Source of the DNA: an uncultured Pelagibacteraceae bacterium
Lineage (GTDB): Bacteria > Pseudomonadota > Alphaproteobacteria > Pelagibacterales > Pelagibacteraceae
Reading direction: 5' to 3'
Assembly (NCBI GenBank): GCA_902591775.1
Contig: CACJBW010000004.1
Location: forward strand, 6,511 to 70,510
Length of the DNA: 64,000 bases
Shown: piece after piece, positions 40,133-49,597 of the stretch
Layout of the letters: the number at the start of each line of letters is the position of its first letter
Numbering within the stretch: the first letter of the stretch is position 1
Notes under the pieces: model-generated
Told to the model about the DNA's origin: nothing
The model's database searches: none
The model's input: the letters and a program-made list of their open reading frames with translations, nothing else
Position numbers and translations under genes: made by a program

Positions 40133-41374
40133 TTAAATAAATCTTTTAATTTCATATAAATTTTTATTAAGTATTTTATCCCCTAAATATTTTAATTTTT
40201 TATTGACAGTATTTTTTTGTAAAAAATTAATTTTTTGACGAACAACAGATTTCATATTTTTTATCGAATTTACTCTTGCTGTAATTTTCAATTTCCCTAA
40301 AATCTTATAAACTTCTTTAAAGTTCTCTATATGTGGACCGTATATGATATAATTACCTTCCCTTGCAGACTCTAAAGGGTTCTGTCCTCCATGCGGTATA
40401 AGTGATCCTCCTAAAAATGTTAATTTAGATAGTGAATAGAATTTTGCAGTTTCTCCATAAGTATCAACTATGTATATATCCGTATCTTTGCTTAATTTTT
40501 TCGGCGAGGTATGAAATTGAGAAATTAGACCAATATTATTTAATTCATCTAATATTTCTTTTTTTCTGTTTATATGTCTTGGGATTATTATTGTTATCAA
40601 ATTTTTAATTTCTGACTTTAATTCTTTATGCACTCTTCCAATGAATAGTTCCTCTGTTGGATGTGTGCTTGCTGCACAAAAAATAATTCTTTTTGAAAAT
40701 TTTTTTTTAAGAATTAAATTTTTTGTATTCTCTTTTTGTAATTCTCCAAAAAACTTTAAATTACCTGCTACTTTTATATTTTTTGTTCCTAATAATTTTA
40801 AATATTTTTTTGACTCTATGTTTTGAGGTAAAGCAAGAGTTATTTTTTCAAAAATTTTTTTAGAAAAATTAGGAAAAAATTTCCATCTGTTAAAAGATTT
40901 TTTTGTAATTCTTGCATTAAGAAGGATTAGTGGAATATTTTTTTTATGTAAGTTATTGTACATATTTGGCCAAATTTCAGAGTCTACAAATATTGCTAAC
41001 TTTGGTTTCCAATGATTTATAAAATATTTTGTTAAAAAATTTAAATCAAAAGGATAAAACTGATGAACAGCTTTTTTAAACTTAAATTTAGATAAAATAT
41101 GTGAGGAACTGGTAGTTGATGAAGTAATTAAAATTCTTTTAATTTTTTTATCCTCTTCAAATTTTCTAACAATTGGAATTATACTTAATATTTCACCTAC
41201 ACTTGCACCATGTATCCAAATTGTTTGATTGGGCCCATTATTTTTTGCAAGAAATCCAAATTTTTCCTTAAATCTGTTTTGATCCTCTTTTCCTAAAAAT
41301 ATTCTAATCAATATAATTAATGGTGAAATTAATATTAAAAGAAATAAAAAGAAATTATAAATAACAAACATCAA
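40133..41374 (-). CDS. waaA: Kdo transferase
   Basis: WIHGASVGE, SEIWPN, GNLK, ASTH, PRH, GGQNPLE. Confidence 0.95.
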   Translation of the reverse strand: MMFVIYNFFLFLLILISPLIILIRIFLGKEDQNRFKEKFGFLAKNNGPNQTIWIHGASVGEILSIIPIVRKFEEDKKIKRILITSSTTSSSHILSKFKFKKAVHQFYPFDLNFLTKYFINHWKPKLAIFVDSEIWPNMYNNLHKKNIPLILLNARITKKSFNRWKFFPNFSKKIFEKITLALPQNIESKKYLKLLGTKNIKVAGNLKFFGELQKENTKNLILKKKFSKRIIFCAASTHPTEELFIGRVHKELKSEIKNLITIIIPRHINRKKEILDELNNIGLISQFHTSPKKLSKDTDIYIVDTYGETAKFYSLSKLTFLGGSLIPHGGQNPLESAREGNYIIYGPHIENFKEVYKILGKLKITARVNSIKNMKSVVRQKINFLQKNTVNKKLKYLGDKILNKNLYEIKRFI

Positions 41375-43113
41375 CTTTTGTTTATTTGTTTATTATAATA
41401 GTTTTTATAAGTATCAGATTTTATTAATAGCTCTTTATGATTACCAGAATCTATTACCATGCCCTTATCCATAACGTAAATTTTATCAGAATTTAAAATA
41501 GTTGAAAGCCTGTGTGCAATTACAACTGTTGTCTTATTTAAAGTCAACCTATCTAATGCTTTTTGTATTTTTTCTTCAGTCTCAGAGTCTAAAGATGAAG
41601 TAGCTTCATCTAATAGAATAATTTTACTATTTTTTAAGAATGCCCTTGCTATTGATAGTCTTTGTTTTTCTCCACCTGATAATCGGACGCCATTTTCTCC
41701 TATTAAGGTTTGATATTTATTTTCAAGTTTGTCTATAAATTCTGAACACATTGAAAGTTTCCCTGCTTCATATATCTCATCATCGTTTGCATCTGGTTTT
41801 GCATATTTTATGTTATTAAAAACCGTATCATCGAATAAAGTCACATTTTGATCAACTATTGATATTTCTTTCCTCAAAGAAAATAAGTTAACTTCTTTTA
41901 TGTTTTGTCCATCGATTTCTAATATTCCAGTTTTTGGATCATAAATTCTTGGAATTAAACTTAGCAATGTAGACTTACCCGAACCACTTTGTCCAACCAG
42001 AGCTGTCATTTTACCACCATTTATTTTTATGTTTATATTTTTTAAAACCTTATTCTCTAAATTAGTTGAATAATTAAAATTTATATTTTTACAATCTATT
42101 GTTCCATGTTCTAGATTTAACATTACTTTATCTTCGTTAGTTTCAATTAAGTTTTTTGTATCAATTATCGGAAGAATTCTTTTACTAGCAGATAATCCCT
42201 GACTTACACCAACATTAATTACTGCTAAAGACTTTACTGGCTGATAAGCCAACATCATTGCCGCTAAAAATGAAAAAAAATTATTCAAGCTTAATTGATC
42301 ATTCATTATTAATTTACCAGAATAAAAAATTAGAATAGCGATCATGATTCCTGTTAAAATTTCCATAACGGGTGTCGCTCTAATAAAGACCGAAGATATT
42401 TTTATTGATTTTTCTTTTAAATCATTAACAAATTTTTCTGATCTTTCATTTTCGTACTTTTCTCTTTGAAAAATTTTGATAATTTTGTGATTTTTAAAAA
42501 TATCGATTAAATATTTATTCAAGTCCCCAGATTTAATTTGAGCTTCTGTTACTACTTTACCCATTCTTTTACCTAATTTTTTTGCAATAAAAGATGCAAA
42601 TGGAATCATAATAATTGCAATTAGAGATAGCCTCCAATTTTGGATAAACATTACAGTAAGAAGTCCAATTAAAGTTAACCCATCTTTAAATAAAGTTAAA
42701 AAAGAAGTGCTAAGCATACCTGTAATTTGATTAACATCAAAATTAAGATTGGAAATATATTTTCCAGTATGTTTGTTTTCTATATTTTCAGTATCAGCCT
42801 TAATAAACGATGAAAGCATGTTAATTTGTATTGTTTTTTTAACTTCTTCTGCAACTTTAATCATTGTAACTTTTGCCAAATACAGAGAAATTCCCTTAGT
42901 AGCAAAAGCTAAAATTATTAATAATGGAATTATCAAAAGTAAACTTTGATCCTTATTAATAAAGATTTTATCAATTGCTGGATCTAACAACCATGCAGTT
43001 GCAGATGTGCTACCAGCAACTAATATAGAAAAAAAGACTGCTAGAAAAATTTTGTTTAAATATTTTTTCGTATAGTCTTTGTAAAGTCTTTTTAAAATTT
43101 CAAGGTTAGACAT
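41371..43113 (-). CDS. msbA: Lipid A export ABC transporter MsbA-like
   Basis: TMD plus NBD; GQSGSGKST, LSGGEKQR, LDEATSSLD; in an operon with waaA/lpxK. Confidence 0.88.
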   Translation of the reverse strand: MSNLEILKRLYKDYTKKYLNKIFLAVFFSILVAGSTSATAWLLDPAIDKIFINKDQSLLLIIPLLIILAFATKGISLYLAKVTMIKVAEEVKKTIQINMLSSFIKADTENIENKHTGKYISNLNFDVNQITGMLSTSFLTLFKDGLTLIGLLTVMFIQNWRLSLIAIIMIPFASFIAKKLGKRMGKVVTEAQIKSGDLNKYLIDIFKNHKIIKIFQREKYENERSEKFVNDLKEKSIKISSVFIRATPVMEILTGIMIAILIFYSGKLIMNDQLSLNNFFSFLAAMMLAYQPVKSLAVINVGVSQGLSASKRILPIIDTKNLIETNEDKVMLNLEHGTIDCKNINFNYSTNLENKVLKNINIKINGGKMTALVGQSGSGKSTLLSLIPRIYDPKTGILEIDGQNIKEVNLFSLRKEISIVDQNVTLFDDTVFNNIKYAKPDANDDEIYEAGKLSMCSEFIDKLENKYQTLIGENGVRLSGGEKQRLSIARAFLKNSKIILLDEATSSLDSETEEKIQKALDRLTLNKTTVVIAHRLSTILNSDKIYVMDKGMVIDSGNHKELLIKSDTYKNYYNKQINKS

Positions 43114-43980
43114 TTAAATTAATTTTCCAATTAAAATATTAATAAATACAATAAGACCTAATAAATTATTACTTTTAAATTTTATTAAACACATATTAGG
43201 GTTTGATACTTCAAGATTTTTTATTTGATAGAAGACCAAATGAAAAAAAATAATTACCAGGGATATAAAATATGACAGTTTAAAGTTCATTAAAAAACCA
43301 ACTAGAATTAACGAGAGAAAAAAAAGTATGTAACATAATGAAATAAATTTTTTTGGGTTATTTTTAAATTTTATTGAGGTAGACTTAACTCCTATAATCT
43401 CATCATCTTTAATATCTTGATACCCATAAATAGTGTCGTAACCCAGTGTCCAAAATATGGCTCCAAAATAAAAAATAATTGGTACTAAATTTATGCTGTT
43501 ATTTATTGAAATCCATGCAAGAACAAGACCATAGTTAAAAGTAATTCCTAAAAATAGCTGTGGCCAATACGTAAATCTTTTCATCAAAGGATAAGTAAAT
43601 GCCAATGGCATAGATAATAGTGCCATCAAAATTGTGAATTTACTAAAATTGATCAGTACAAAAAATGCTAATACACATAAAATAAAAGAGTAAATTATTG
43701 CATGTTTTACAGAAACTTTTCCTGATGCGATTGGTCTATTTTTTGTTCTCTCAACTTTTTTATCAAAATTTTTATCTACTATGTCATTTATAATACAACC
43801 AGCAGATCGCATTAGCATTGAACCAAGTAAAAATAATAAAGAATAAAAATAAAAAATTCCTAATTCAGAATTAAAATCATAACCAATGGTAAGACCCCAT
43901 AGACAAGGCCAAAATAAAAGCATGTAGCCAATCGGTTTATTTAACCTTGTAAGTTCGATGAATAATTTGATGTTTTGCAT
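43114..43980 (-). CDS. ubiA: 4-hydroxybenzoate polyprenyltransferase
   Basis: RLNKPIG..LL.WP, RSAGC.IND..D..FD..VERT..RP.ASG, YDTIY..QD. Confidence 0.96.
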   Translation of the reverse strand: MQNIKLFIELTRLNKPIGYMLLFWPCLWGLTIGYDFNSELGIFYFYSLLFLLGSMLMRSAGCIINDIVDKNFDKKVERTKNRPIASGKVSVKHAIIYSFILCVLAFFVLINFSKFTILMALLSMPLAFTYPLMKRFTYWPQLFLGITFNYGLVLAWISINNSINLVPIIFYFGAIFWTLGYDTIYGYQDIKDDEIIGVKSTSIKFKNNPKKFISLCYILFFLSLILVGFLMNFKLSYFISLVIIFFHLVFYQIKNLEVSNPNMCLIKFKSNNLLGLIVFINILIGKLI

Positions 43981-44023
43981 AACAATTTACTTGTAAATAG
44001 CAAAGCAGAGTCTCATAATCAAA

Positions 44024-44440
44024 TTGATTCGAATGAATATAGATTACACTGTTACTGCATTAATGTTTCCTGCAATACCGCTTATAATGAGTGTATATAG
44101 TAATAGATTTCATACACTAAGTGGATTAATTAGAAAAATTCATGATGAGTACGTCTTTGAAAAACACACTCCCCCAGAGTGGAAAGATCAACTTATAAAC
44201 TTAAATAGCAGAATTGGTGTATTAAAGTTTGCGATCATGTCAGCAGCATTTGGCTTTCTATTTAATATGCTAACCGTATTTGCTCTTTATTTAGAAAGTT
44301 TAATTATAGCTAGAGTAATTTTCGGAACGTGTTGTTTGTCTATGATGATTTCAATAATATTTTTTATTAGAGAAATACAAATTTCAACTAAGGCTTTAAA
44401 ACTCCATCTTTCTGACATGGATGTTCAATTTAAGGAATAA
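44024..44440 (+). CDS. DUF2721-type membrane protein (likely ATG start at 44033)
   Basis: ALMFPAIPL...Y.NRF..L..LIR, EIQIS..AL. Confidence 0.78.
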   Translation: MIRMNIDYTVTALMFPAIPLIMSVYSNRFHTLSGLIRKIHDEYVFEKHTPPEWKDQLINLNSRIGVLKFAIMSAAFGFLFNMLTVFALYLESLIIARVIFGTCCLSMMISIIFFIREIQISTKALKLHLSDMDVQFKE

Positions 44441-45401
44441 TTACTGCTGGACCTGTAATTTTTCTTCCTTCCAAATCTTTATGTGCTTGAACAGCGTCCT
44501 CTAATTTATATTTTTTATAGATTTCTATTTTTACATTTCCGGATGAAATTTGTTTAAACAGCACGTTAGCGGCTTCTTGTATTTCTTCACTATTTGTGAA
44601 GTATTGATTCATTGCAGGTCTGACAAAATAAATACCTTTTGGTTGCAAAGATTTTGAAACTATAATTGGGTCAAGGGGACCTGATGCATTTCCAAATGAA
44701 ACCATTGTGCCTCTTAATTTCAAACATTCAATGGATTTATCATATGTTGTTTTTCCTACACCATCATAAACAACTGAAACACCTTTAGCATTTGTGAGTT
44801 CCAACACTTTTTTCGCAAAGTCTTCCTTAGAATAATTTATAACTTCATCACAACCATACTTTTTTGCTATTTCAACTTTTTCATCACTACCAACTGTTCC
44901 AATAACTTTAAGTCCTAAACTTTTTGCCCACTGACAGAAGAATTGACCAACACCACCAGCTGCTGCATGAAACAAGATAGTTTCATCCTCTTTTGGAACA
45001 TATGTTTTGTGTAATAAATAAAAAGTTGTCATTCCTTTTGTCATTGCACTTGAAATTTGCTCCAAATCAATATCATCAGGAACTTTTACAATATTTTTTG
45101 ATGTGTAATTTCTGTGAGTTGAGTAAGCACCTAAAGGAGCTGCAGCATATGCAATTTTATCTCCAACTGAAAAATTTGAAACATTTGAACCAACTTCTTT
45201 AATAATGCCTGCTGCTTCCATTCCAATCCCAGTTGGTAATTGAAGAGGGTATAAACCCGACCTATGATATGTGTCTATATAATTTAAACCAATTGAAACA
45301 TGTTCAATCTGAACTTCATCTGCTCCAGGTTTTTCTAAAGTTATGTCCTCTAGTTTAAGAACTTCTGGCCCACCTGTATTTGTTACTTTAATAGATTTCA
45401 T
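44430..45401 (-). CDS. qor: NADPH:quinone oxidoreductase (zeta-crystallin/Qor)
   Basis: GGPEVL, GLNYID.Y.RSGLY, HAAAGGVG, VYDGVG, SFGNASG. Confidence 0.92.
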   Translation of the reverse strand: MKSIKVTNTGGPEVLKLEDITLEKPGADEVQIEHVSIGLNYIDTYHRSGLYPLQLPTGIGMEAAGIIKEVGSNVSNFSVGDKIAYAAAPLGAYSTHRNYTSKNIVKVPDDIDLEQISSAMTKGMTTFYLLHKTYVPKEDETILFHAAAGGVGQFFCQWAKSLGLKVIGTVGSDEKVEIAKKYGCDEVINYSKEDFAKKVLELTNAKGVSVVYDGVGKTTYDKSIECLKLRGTMVSFGNASGPLDPIIVSKSLQPKGIYFVRPAMNQYFTNSEEIQEAANVLFKQISSGNVKIEIYKKYKLEDAVQAHKDLEGRKITGPAVIIP

Positions 45402-46234
45402 TTTACAAATGTACCTTTATGATAATCCTCGACTGCTTGCAAGATTTCTTGTTTAGTGTTCATAACAAATGGACCACCTCTAGCAATTCGCTCACCTATT
45501 GGTTTTCCGGCAATAAGAAGAAACTTAACATCAGTTGCGCCATAAACCTTAAGTTTATCTCCCTTTTCTAAAAGAATTAGTTTTGAATTTTCAACTTTTT
45601 GATGATGCTGATTTCCAATTTTTATCTCTCCTTCAATTAAATAAATAAATGAATTGTGAGTTGATGGTAAATCGAAATTGAACTCCTTATCCTTATTTAA
45701 TTCTATATCAAAATAAATAGGCTCAACATTATGTTTTTTTATAGGTCCCTCGGCTTGTTCAAATTTACCAGCTATAACTTTTACAATTTTTTCATCATCC
45801 TTATATGATTGCATCTGGTCTGCATCTATGTAGATGTAATTAGGTTTGCTCATTTTAAGTTTAGCAGGCATGTTGATCCATAATTGAAACCCATGTAGTT
45901 TACCTTCTTTCATAGCCGGCATTTCAGAGTGAATTATTCCACTTCCAGTTTTCATCCACTGAACATCTCCTGCAGTCATTCTACCTTTACCACCCGTACT
46001 ATCTTTGTGTTCAAAATCTCCAGCTAACATATAGGTTACTGTTTCTATTCCTCGATGAGGATGAGGTGGAAAACCTGCTATATAATCTTCACTATTTTCT
46101 GATCCAAATTCATCTAGCATTAAAAATGGATCAAAGTAATTTGGCTCTACACCAATACTTCTTTTTAATTTTACGCCGGCTCCGTCAGATGCTGGCGTTG
46201 GTTCAATAATTTTTTTAACTTCAATATTTGACAT
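45398..46234 (-). CDS. Pirin family protein
   Basis: DPFLMLDEF, HPHRGIETVTY, GSGIIHSE, QLWINMP, GPFVMN. Confidence 0.95.
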   Translation of the reverse strand: MSNIEVKKIIEPTPASDGAGVKLKRSIGVEPNYFDPFLMLDEFGSENSEDYIAGFPPHPHRGIETVTYMLAGDFEHKDSTGGKGRMTAGDVQWMKTGSGIIHSEMPAMKEGKLHGFQLWINMPAKLKMSKPNYIYIDADQMQSYKDDEKIVKVIAGKFEQAEGPIKKHNVEPIYFDIELNKDKEFNFDLPSTHNSFIYLIEGEIKIGNQHHQKVENSKLILLEKGDKLKVYGATDVKFLLIAGKPIGERIARGGPFVMNTKQEILQAVEDYHKGTFVK

Positions 46235-46241
46235 TTTATTT

Positions 46242-46613
46242 TTAAAATTTTCTATCTAAACTCAAATCTTTAGTTCCATTAATAAATATAAATAGAAATC
46301 CACCTGCTAATGCTATATTTTTCAAAAATGACCCAAGTTGCATTTGGTCAGAAAAATCGTTATGAAAAATTACTGCTGTAGCAATACAAAATAGACTTAA
46401 TAAACCCGCTGCAATTTTTGCTTTATAGCCTAATATAATTAAGATAGGTCCAACTATCTCCAAAATTATTGCTGGTATAATGAAAATTCCTGGTATTCCA
46501 AAACTCTCCATCCAGCCTACAGTACCATCATAATTACTAATTTTAAAAATACCATTAAGAAGAAATAAAGCTGAAATTAAAATTCTTGCAACAAGATCTA
46601 AAATGTTTGTCAT
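46242..46613 (-). CDS. DoxX family membrane protein
   Basis: ARILI..LF...G..KI, E..G, F.KNIALAGG. Confidence 0.9.
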   Translation of the reverse strand: MTNILDLVARILISALFLLNGIFKISNYDGTVGWMESFGIPGIFIIPAIILEIVGPILIILGYKAKIAAGLLSLFCIATAVIFHNDFSDQMQLGSFLKNIALAGGFLFIFINGTKDLSLDRKF

Positions 46614-46634
46614 AATTTTAAAATAATGACTTGT

Positions 46635-47294
46635 TTAAATAATATCAAGCAAGTGTTTAAGATTATTTATCTGATTTTCAGGAGAGTAATCTAGATTATC
46701 AAAAATAATATTATTTCTATTCACCCAAATAGCATTAAAACCATAATTACCACCTCCAGAAACATCCCATGTATTTGCGCTTAAAAAAACGACTTCATGT
46801 TTTTCAATCTTATATTTTTTAAGTGGAATATCGTATACCTTTGAGTCTGGCTTAAAAATACCTACTTCCTCTACCGAAAAAATATCATCAAAGATTTTAA
46901 GATTATTACTGGAAACCAATTCATTTAGAAGGAATGGAGTTCCATTTGAAAGTATTGATAGTTTATAATTTTTTTCTTTTAATAATTGTAGAGTTTCTTT
47001 TACTTCTGGATAAGGGGAAAGAATTTTATAAAGATCAAGTAATTCACTTTTCATATTAGGATTAATATTAAATACTTTCATTGATTTATCCAAACTATCC
47101 TCAGTAATTTTCCAAAAATCTTTATGTCTTTTCATTAGACTTCTAAGCCAAGTATATTCTAGCTGAGTTGTTCGCCAATAATTTGAAAAACTTTCCCATT
47201 TGCTGCCAATTTTATCTTTACATTTTTCTGCTGCAGAATTGACATCAAATAAAGTTCCATAGGCATCGAAAATTATTGCTTTAATATTTTTCAT
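46635..47294 (-). CDS. Haloacid dehalogenase type II
   Basis: FDAYGTLFDV, WR..QLEY, LSNG, FKP, SANTWDV. Confidence 0.92.
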   Translation of the reverse strand: MKNIKAIIFDAYGTLFDVNSAAEKCKDKIGSKWESFSNYWRTTQLEYTWLRSLMKRHKDFWKITEDSLDKSMKVFNINPNMKSELLDLYKILSPYPEVKETLQLLKEKNYKLSILSNGTPFLLNELVSSNNLKIFDDIFSVEEVGIFKPDSKVYDIPLKKYKIEKHEVVFLSANTWDVSGGGNYGFNAIWVNRNNIIFDNLDYSPENQINNLKHLLDII

Positions 47295-47310
47295 AAATTA
47301 CTTTCTTAAT

Positions 47311-48021
47311 ATGAGTAATATTAGAATATTTTTTCCTGAAAGTTTATCTCTTAATTTTAATTCTTGGCTTGAAAAACCACAATCACATTATTTAACAAAA
47401 GTAATGAGAGTAAAAATTGGTGAAAATTTTTCACTATTTAATAAAAACGGTGAGTGGTTAGCTAAAATTAATAACATCAGTAGTGGCAAAGTTGAGTTTA
47501 GTATTCAAGAAAAATTAAGAAATAAAGAAAACCCGGTAGATATTTGGTTGGCATTTTCACCAATTAAATCAAATTATTCAAATTTCATGATACAGAAGGC
47601 TACTGAATTGGGTGTAACTAAATTTATTCCAATTATTTTTGATAGAACAATTGTCAGAAAGATTAATTCTGAGAGATTAGAAAAAATAATTATAGAGGCA
47701 ACAGAGCAGTCAAATAGAATAAACCCCCCATCTTTAGAAAAACCTCAAAACTTAAAAAGTTTCTTAAAAAAAAATGAAAATAAAATTGATTTAATTTTTA
47801 CTGACCTAAATACTAAAAATAAAAAAATTGAGTTAAATAAAGACACAAATAAATCATTGTGTATTATAATTGGACCCGAGGGTGATTTTTCAGAACAAGA
47901 AAGGAATAATATTTTAAATTTTAAGGGTGTAAAATCATTTAAAATAAATGAAAATATTCTCAGATCAGAGACAGCAGTAATATCTTCAATATCTATACTT
48001 AGTTATCTTTTGAATTTATAA
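47311..48021 (+). CDS. rsmE: 16S rRNA m3U1498 methyltransferase
   Basis: HY..VMR, QKATELGV, EA.EQS.R, IGPEGDF, ILRSETA. Confidence 0.95.
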   Translation: MSNIRIFFPESLSLNFNSWLEKPQSHYLTKVMRVKIGENFSLFNKNGEWLAKINNISSGKVEFSIQEKLRNKENPVDIWLAFSPIKSNYSNFMIQKATELGVTKFIPIIFDRTIVRKINSERLEKIIIEATEQSNRINPPSLEKPQNLKSFLKKNENKIDLIFTDLNTKNKKIELNKDTNKSLCIIIGPEGDFSEQERNNILNFKGVKSFKINENILRSETAVISSISILSYLLNL

Positions 48022-48603
48022 ATATTTGTTTATTAATTTGATTGATTTTTTAATATCGTCTCTGTGAGAAATTTTAGCAATATATTTTCCATCTTTAAGT
48101 AGAATTACCGGTGAGCTGTGATCAACATTGTAGTCACCATTTTCAAAAAAAATCTTTTGACTGATAATTCCCCATGATTGTGACAATAAAAAAATTTCAC
48201 CTGGATCTCCTGTGATTCCAACAAATTCGTTATCAAAATTTCTTAGATAATCTTTAATAACTTCTGGAGTATCTCTTTTAGGATCAACGCTAATAAAAAA
48301 AACTTTTAAATCTTTTTTTTTATTTTTCTTTATTCTATTCAATGCGATATCCATTTTATTTAAAGTCATTGGGCAAATATCAGGACAATTTGTAAAACCA
48401 AAAAAAATTGCAGTTAATGGTCCATCAAAAGATTTTTGAGTTATAACATTATTGTTCATATCTTTAAGCTCAAAATCTGAGCCCTTAAATGCTGCGACTG
48501 ATTGGTCTTTTTGCTCTTTCATCGAAAGAAATACTGGAAGCATCAAAAAAAGGAATATTGTTAAACATCCAGTTAATACTGCAATTGAGGTTTTTATTTT
48601 CAT
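48016..48603 (-). CDS. SCO/SenC copper chaperone for CuA
   Basis: FGFTNCPDICP (CxxxC), SVDP.RD, VDHS. Confidence 0.94.
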   Translation of the reverse strand: MKIKTSIAVLTGCLTIFLFLMLPVFLSMKEQKDQSVAAFKGSDFELKDMNNNVITQKSFDGPLTAIFFGFTNCPDICPMTLNKMDIALNRIKKNKKKDLKVFFISVDPKRDTPEVIKDYLRNFDNEFVGITGDPGEIFLLSQSWGIISQKIFFENGDYNVDHSSPVILLKDGKYIAKISHRDDIKKSIKLINKYL

Positions 48604-48639
48604 TATTGTAAAATTATATATAGGAACTATATAAATATT

Positions 48640-49317
48640 ATGTCTCTATTAAAGAAAATATTTGGCACATTAACTGAAAAACCCTGGGAACAAGATCAAG
48701 CAGTAATTGATAGTGGCCACTCTGGAAAAACATTTGAGATTTCAAATCAAATGTCAGCTGTTATTATTATTTTTGGAGTAAGTACAACTTTATTTAGTTT
48801 AATTTTTACTGGCTATCTTTACTCACTGCCTCCTGAACAAGATACAACTTTTATATTGAAGACAAATTTACTTTGGATAAACACATTAGTCTTAATTCTA
48901 GTAACAATATTTTTTAATAGAATAAGTAAAGATTTAAAAAAAGGAATTACAAATACAATAAAAAGAAATTTAATTTATGTAGGTGCTTTAAGTTATATAT
49001 TTTTATTTCTACAGTTAGCTTTATGGTATCAACTTATGAAAAGTGGAAATTTCGTTTCAACTAATACATATTTTTCATCTTATTATTTCTTTACTGCATT
49101 ACATGGTATTCATCTACTAGGAGGTCTCTATTTCTGGGGCAAAGTAAGTTCAAAAATTTTTAAATTAGATGAGAAAGATTATAACAAAGAAGAAAAAAGT
49201 ATTAATGCTCTTTCATTGTACTGGTTATTTTTATTTATAGTTTGGCTAGTTTTCTTTACAATAATGTTTGCATACAATGATACTGTTATAGAATTTTGCA
49301 AATCTTTGATTGCATAA
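48640..49317 (+). CDS. Cytochrome c oxidase subunit III-like (CoxO-type, first short COX3)
   Basis: KPW near the N-terminus, LWINT..L, FL.LQ..LW, YFFTALHGIHLLGG, LYW. Confidence 0.85.
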   Translation: MSLLKKIFGTLTEKPWEQDQAVIDSGHSGKTFEISNQMSAVIIIFGVSTTLFSLIFTGYLYSLPPEQDTTFILKTNLLWINTLVLILVTIFFNRISKDLKKGITNTIKRNLIYVGALSYIFLFLQLALWYQLMKSGNFVSTNTYFSSYYFFTALHGIHLLGGLYFWGKVSSKIFKLDEKDYNKEEKSINALSLYWLFLFIVWLVFFTIMFAYNDTVIEFCKSLIA

Positions 49318-49318
49318 T

Positions 49319-49510
49319 TTATATAAATAAAACTAACACTGATCCGAACACTGCAATTATAATTAAAAGTATATTTACTGATCTAAGATATCTTTTAGTT
49401 TCAGGTTTTGTCTCTCCTTTTGAAAATCTTCCTGCACCTAAAGAAATTACAAAATAGAATGCTAAAACCAAAGCAAGAATTGTTATTAAAATACCTAATT
49501 TACCGAGCAT
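49319..49510 (-). CDS. Small twin-transmembrane-helix protein antisense inside the cox cluster
   Basis: 63 aa, two hydrophobic helices around a basic loop; fills the gap exactly. Confidence 0.62.
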   Translation of the reverse strand: MLGKLGILITILALVLAFYFVISLGAGRFSKGETKPETKRYLRSVNILLIIIAVFGSVLVLFI

Positions 49511-49546
49511 AAAGTTATTGATTATATTAGTATAATTAATATGTTT

Positions 49547-49563
49547 TATGACATTTTGTCATA
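49547..49563. promoter_or_regulatory. Perfect inverted repeat TATGACA-TTT-TGTCATA upstream of coxM (RegA/PrrA-like operator candidate)
   Basis: Seen directly, centred in the 87-bp divergent spacer; ATGAC-N5-GTCAT has the geometry of GCGNC-N5-GNCGC RegR boxes. Confidence 0.5.
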
Positions 49564-49597
49564 GGTATTTATAGGATTATTCTTCTATATAAGCTTT

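Noticed and set aside
49518-49531. FNR box upstream of coxM
   Set aside because: Only the TTGAT half is present; the second half (TTAGT) does not match ATCAA.
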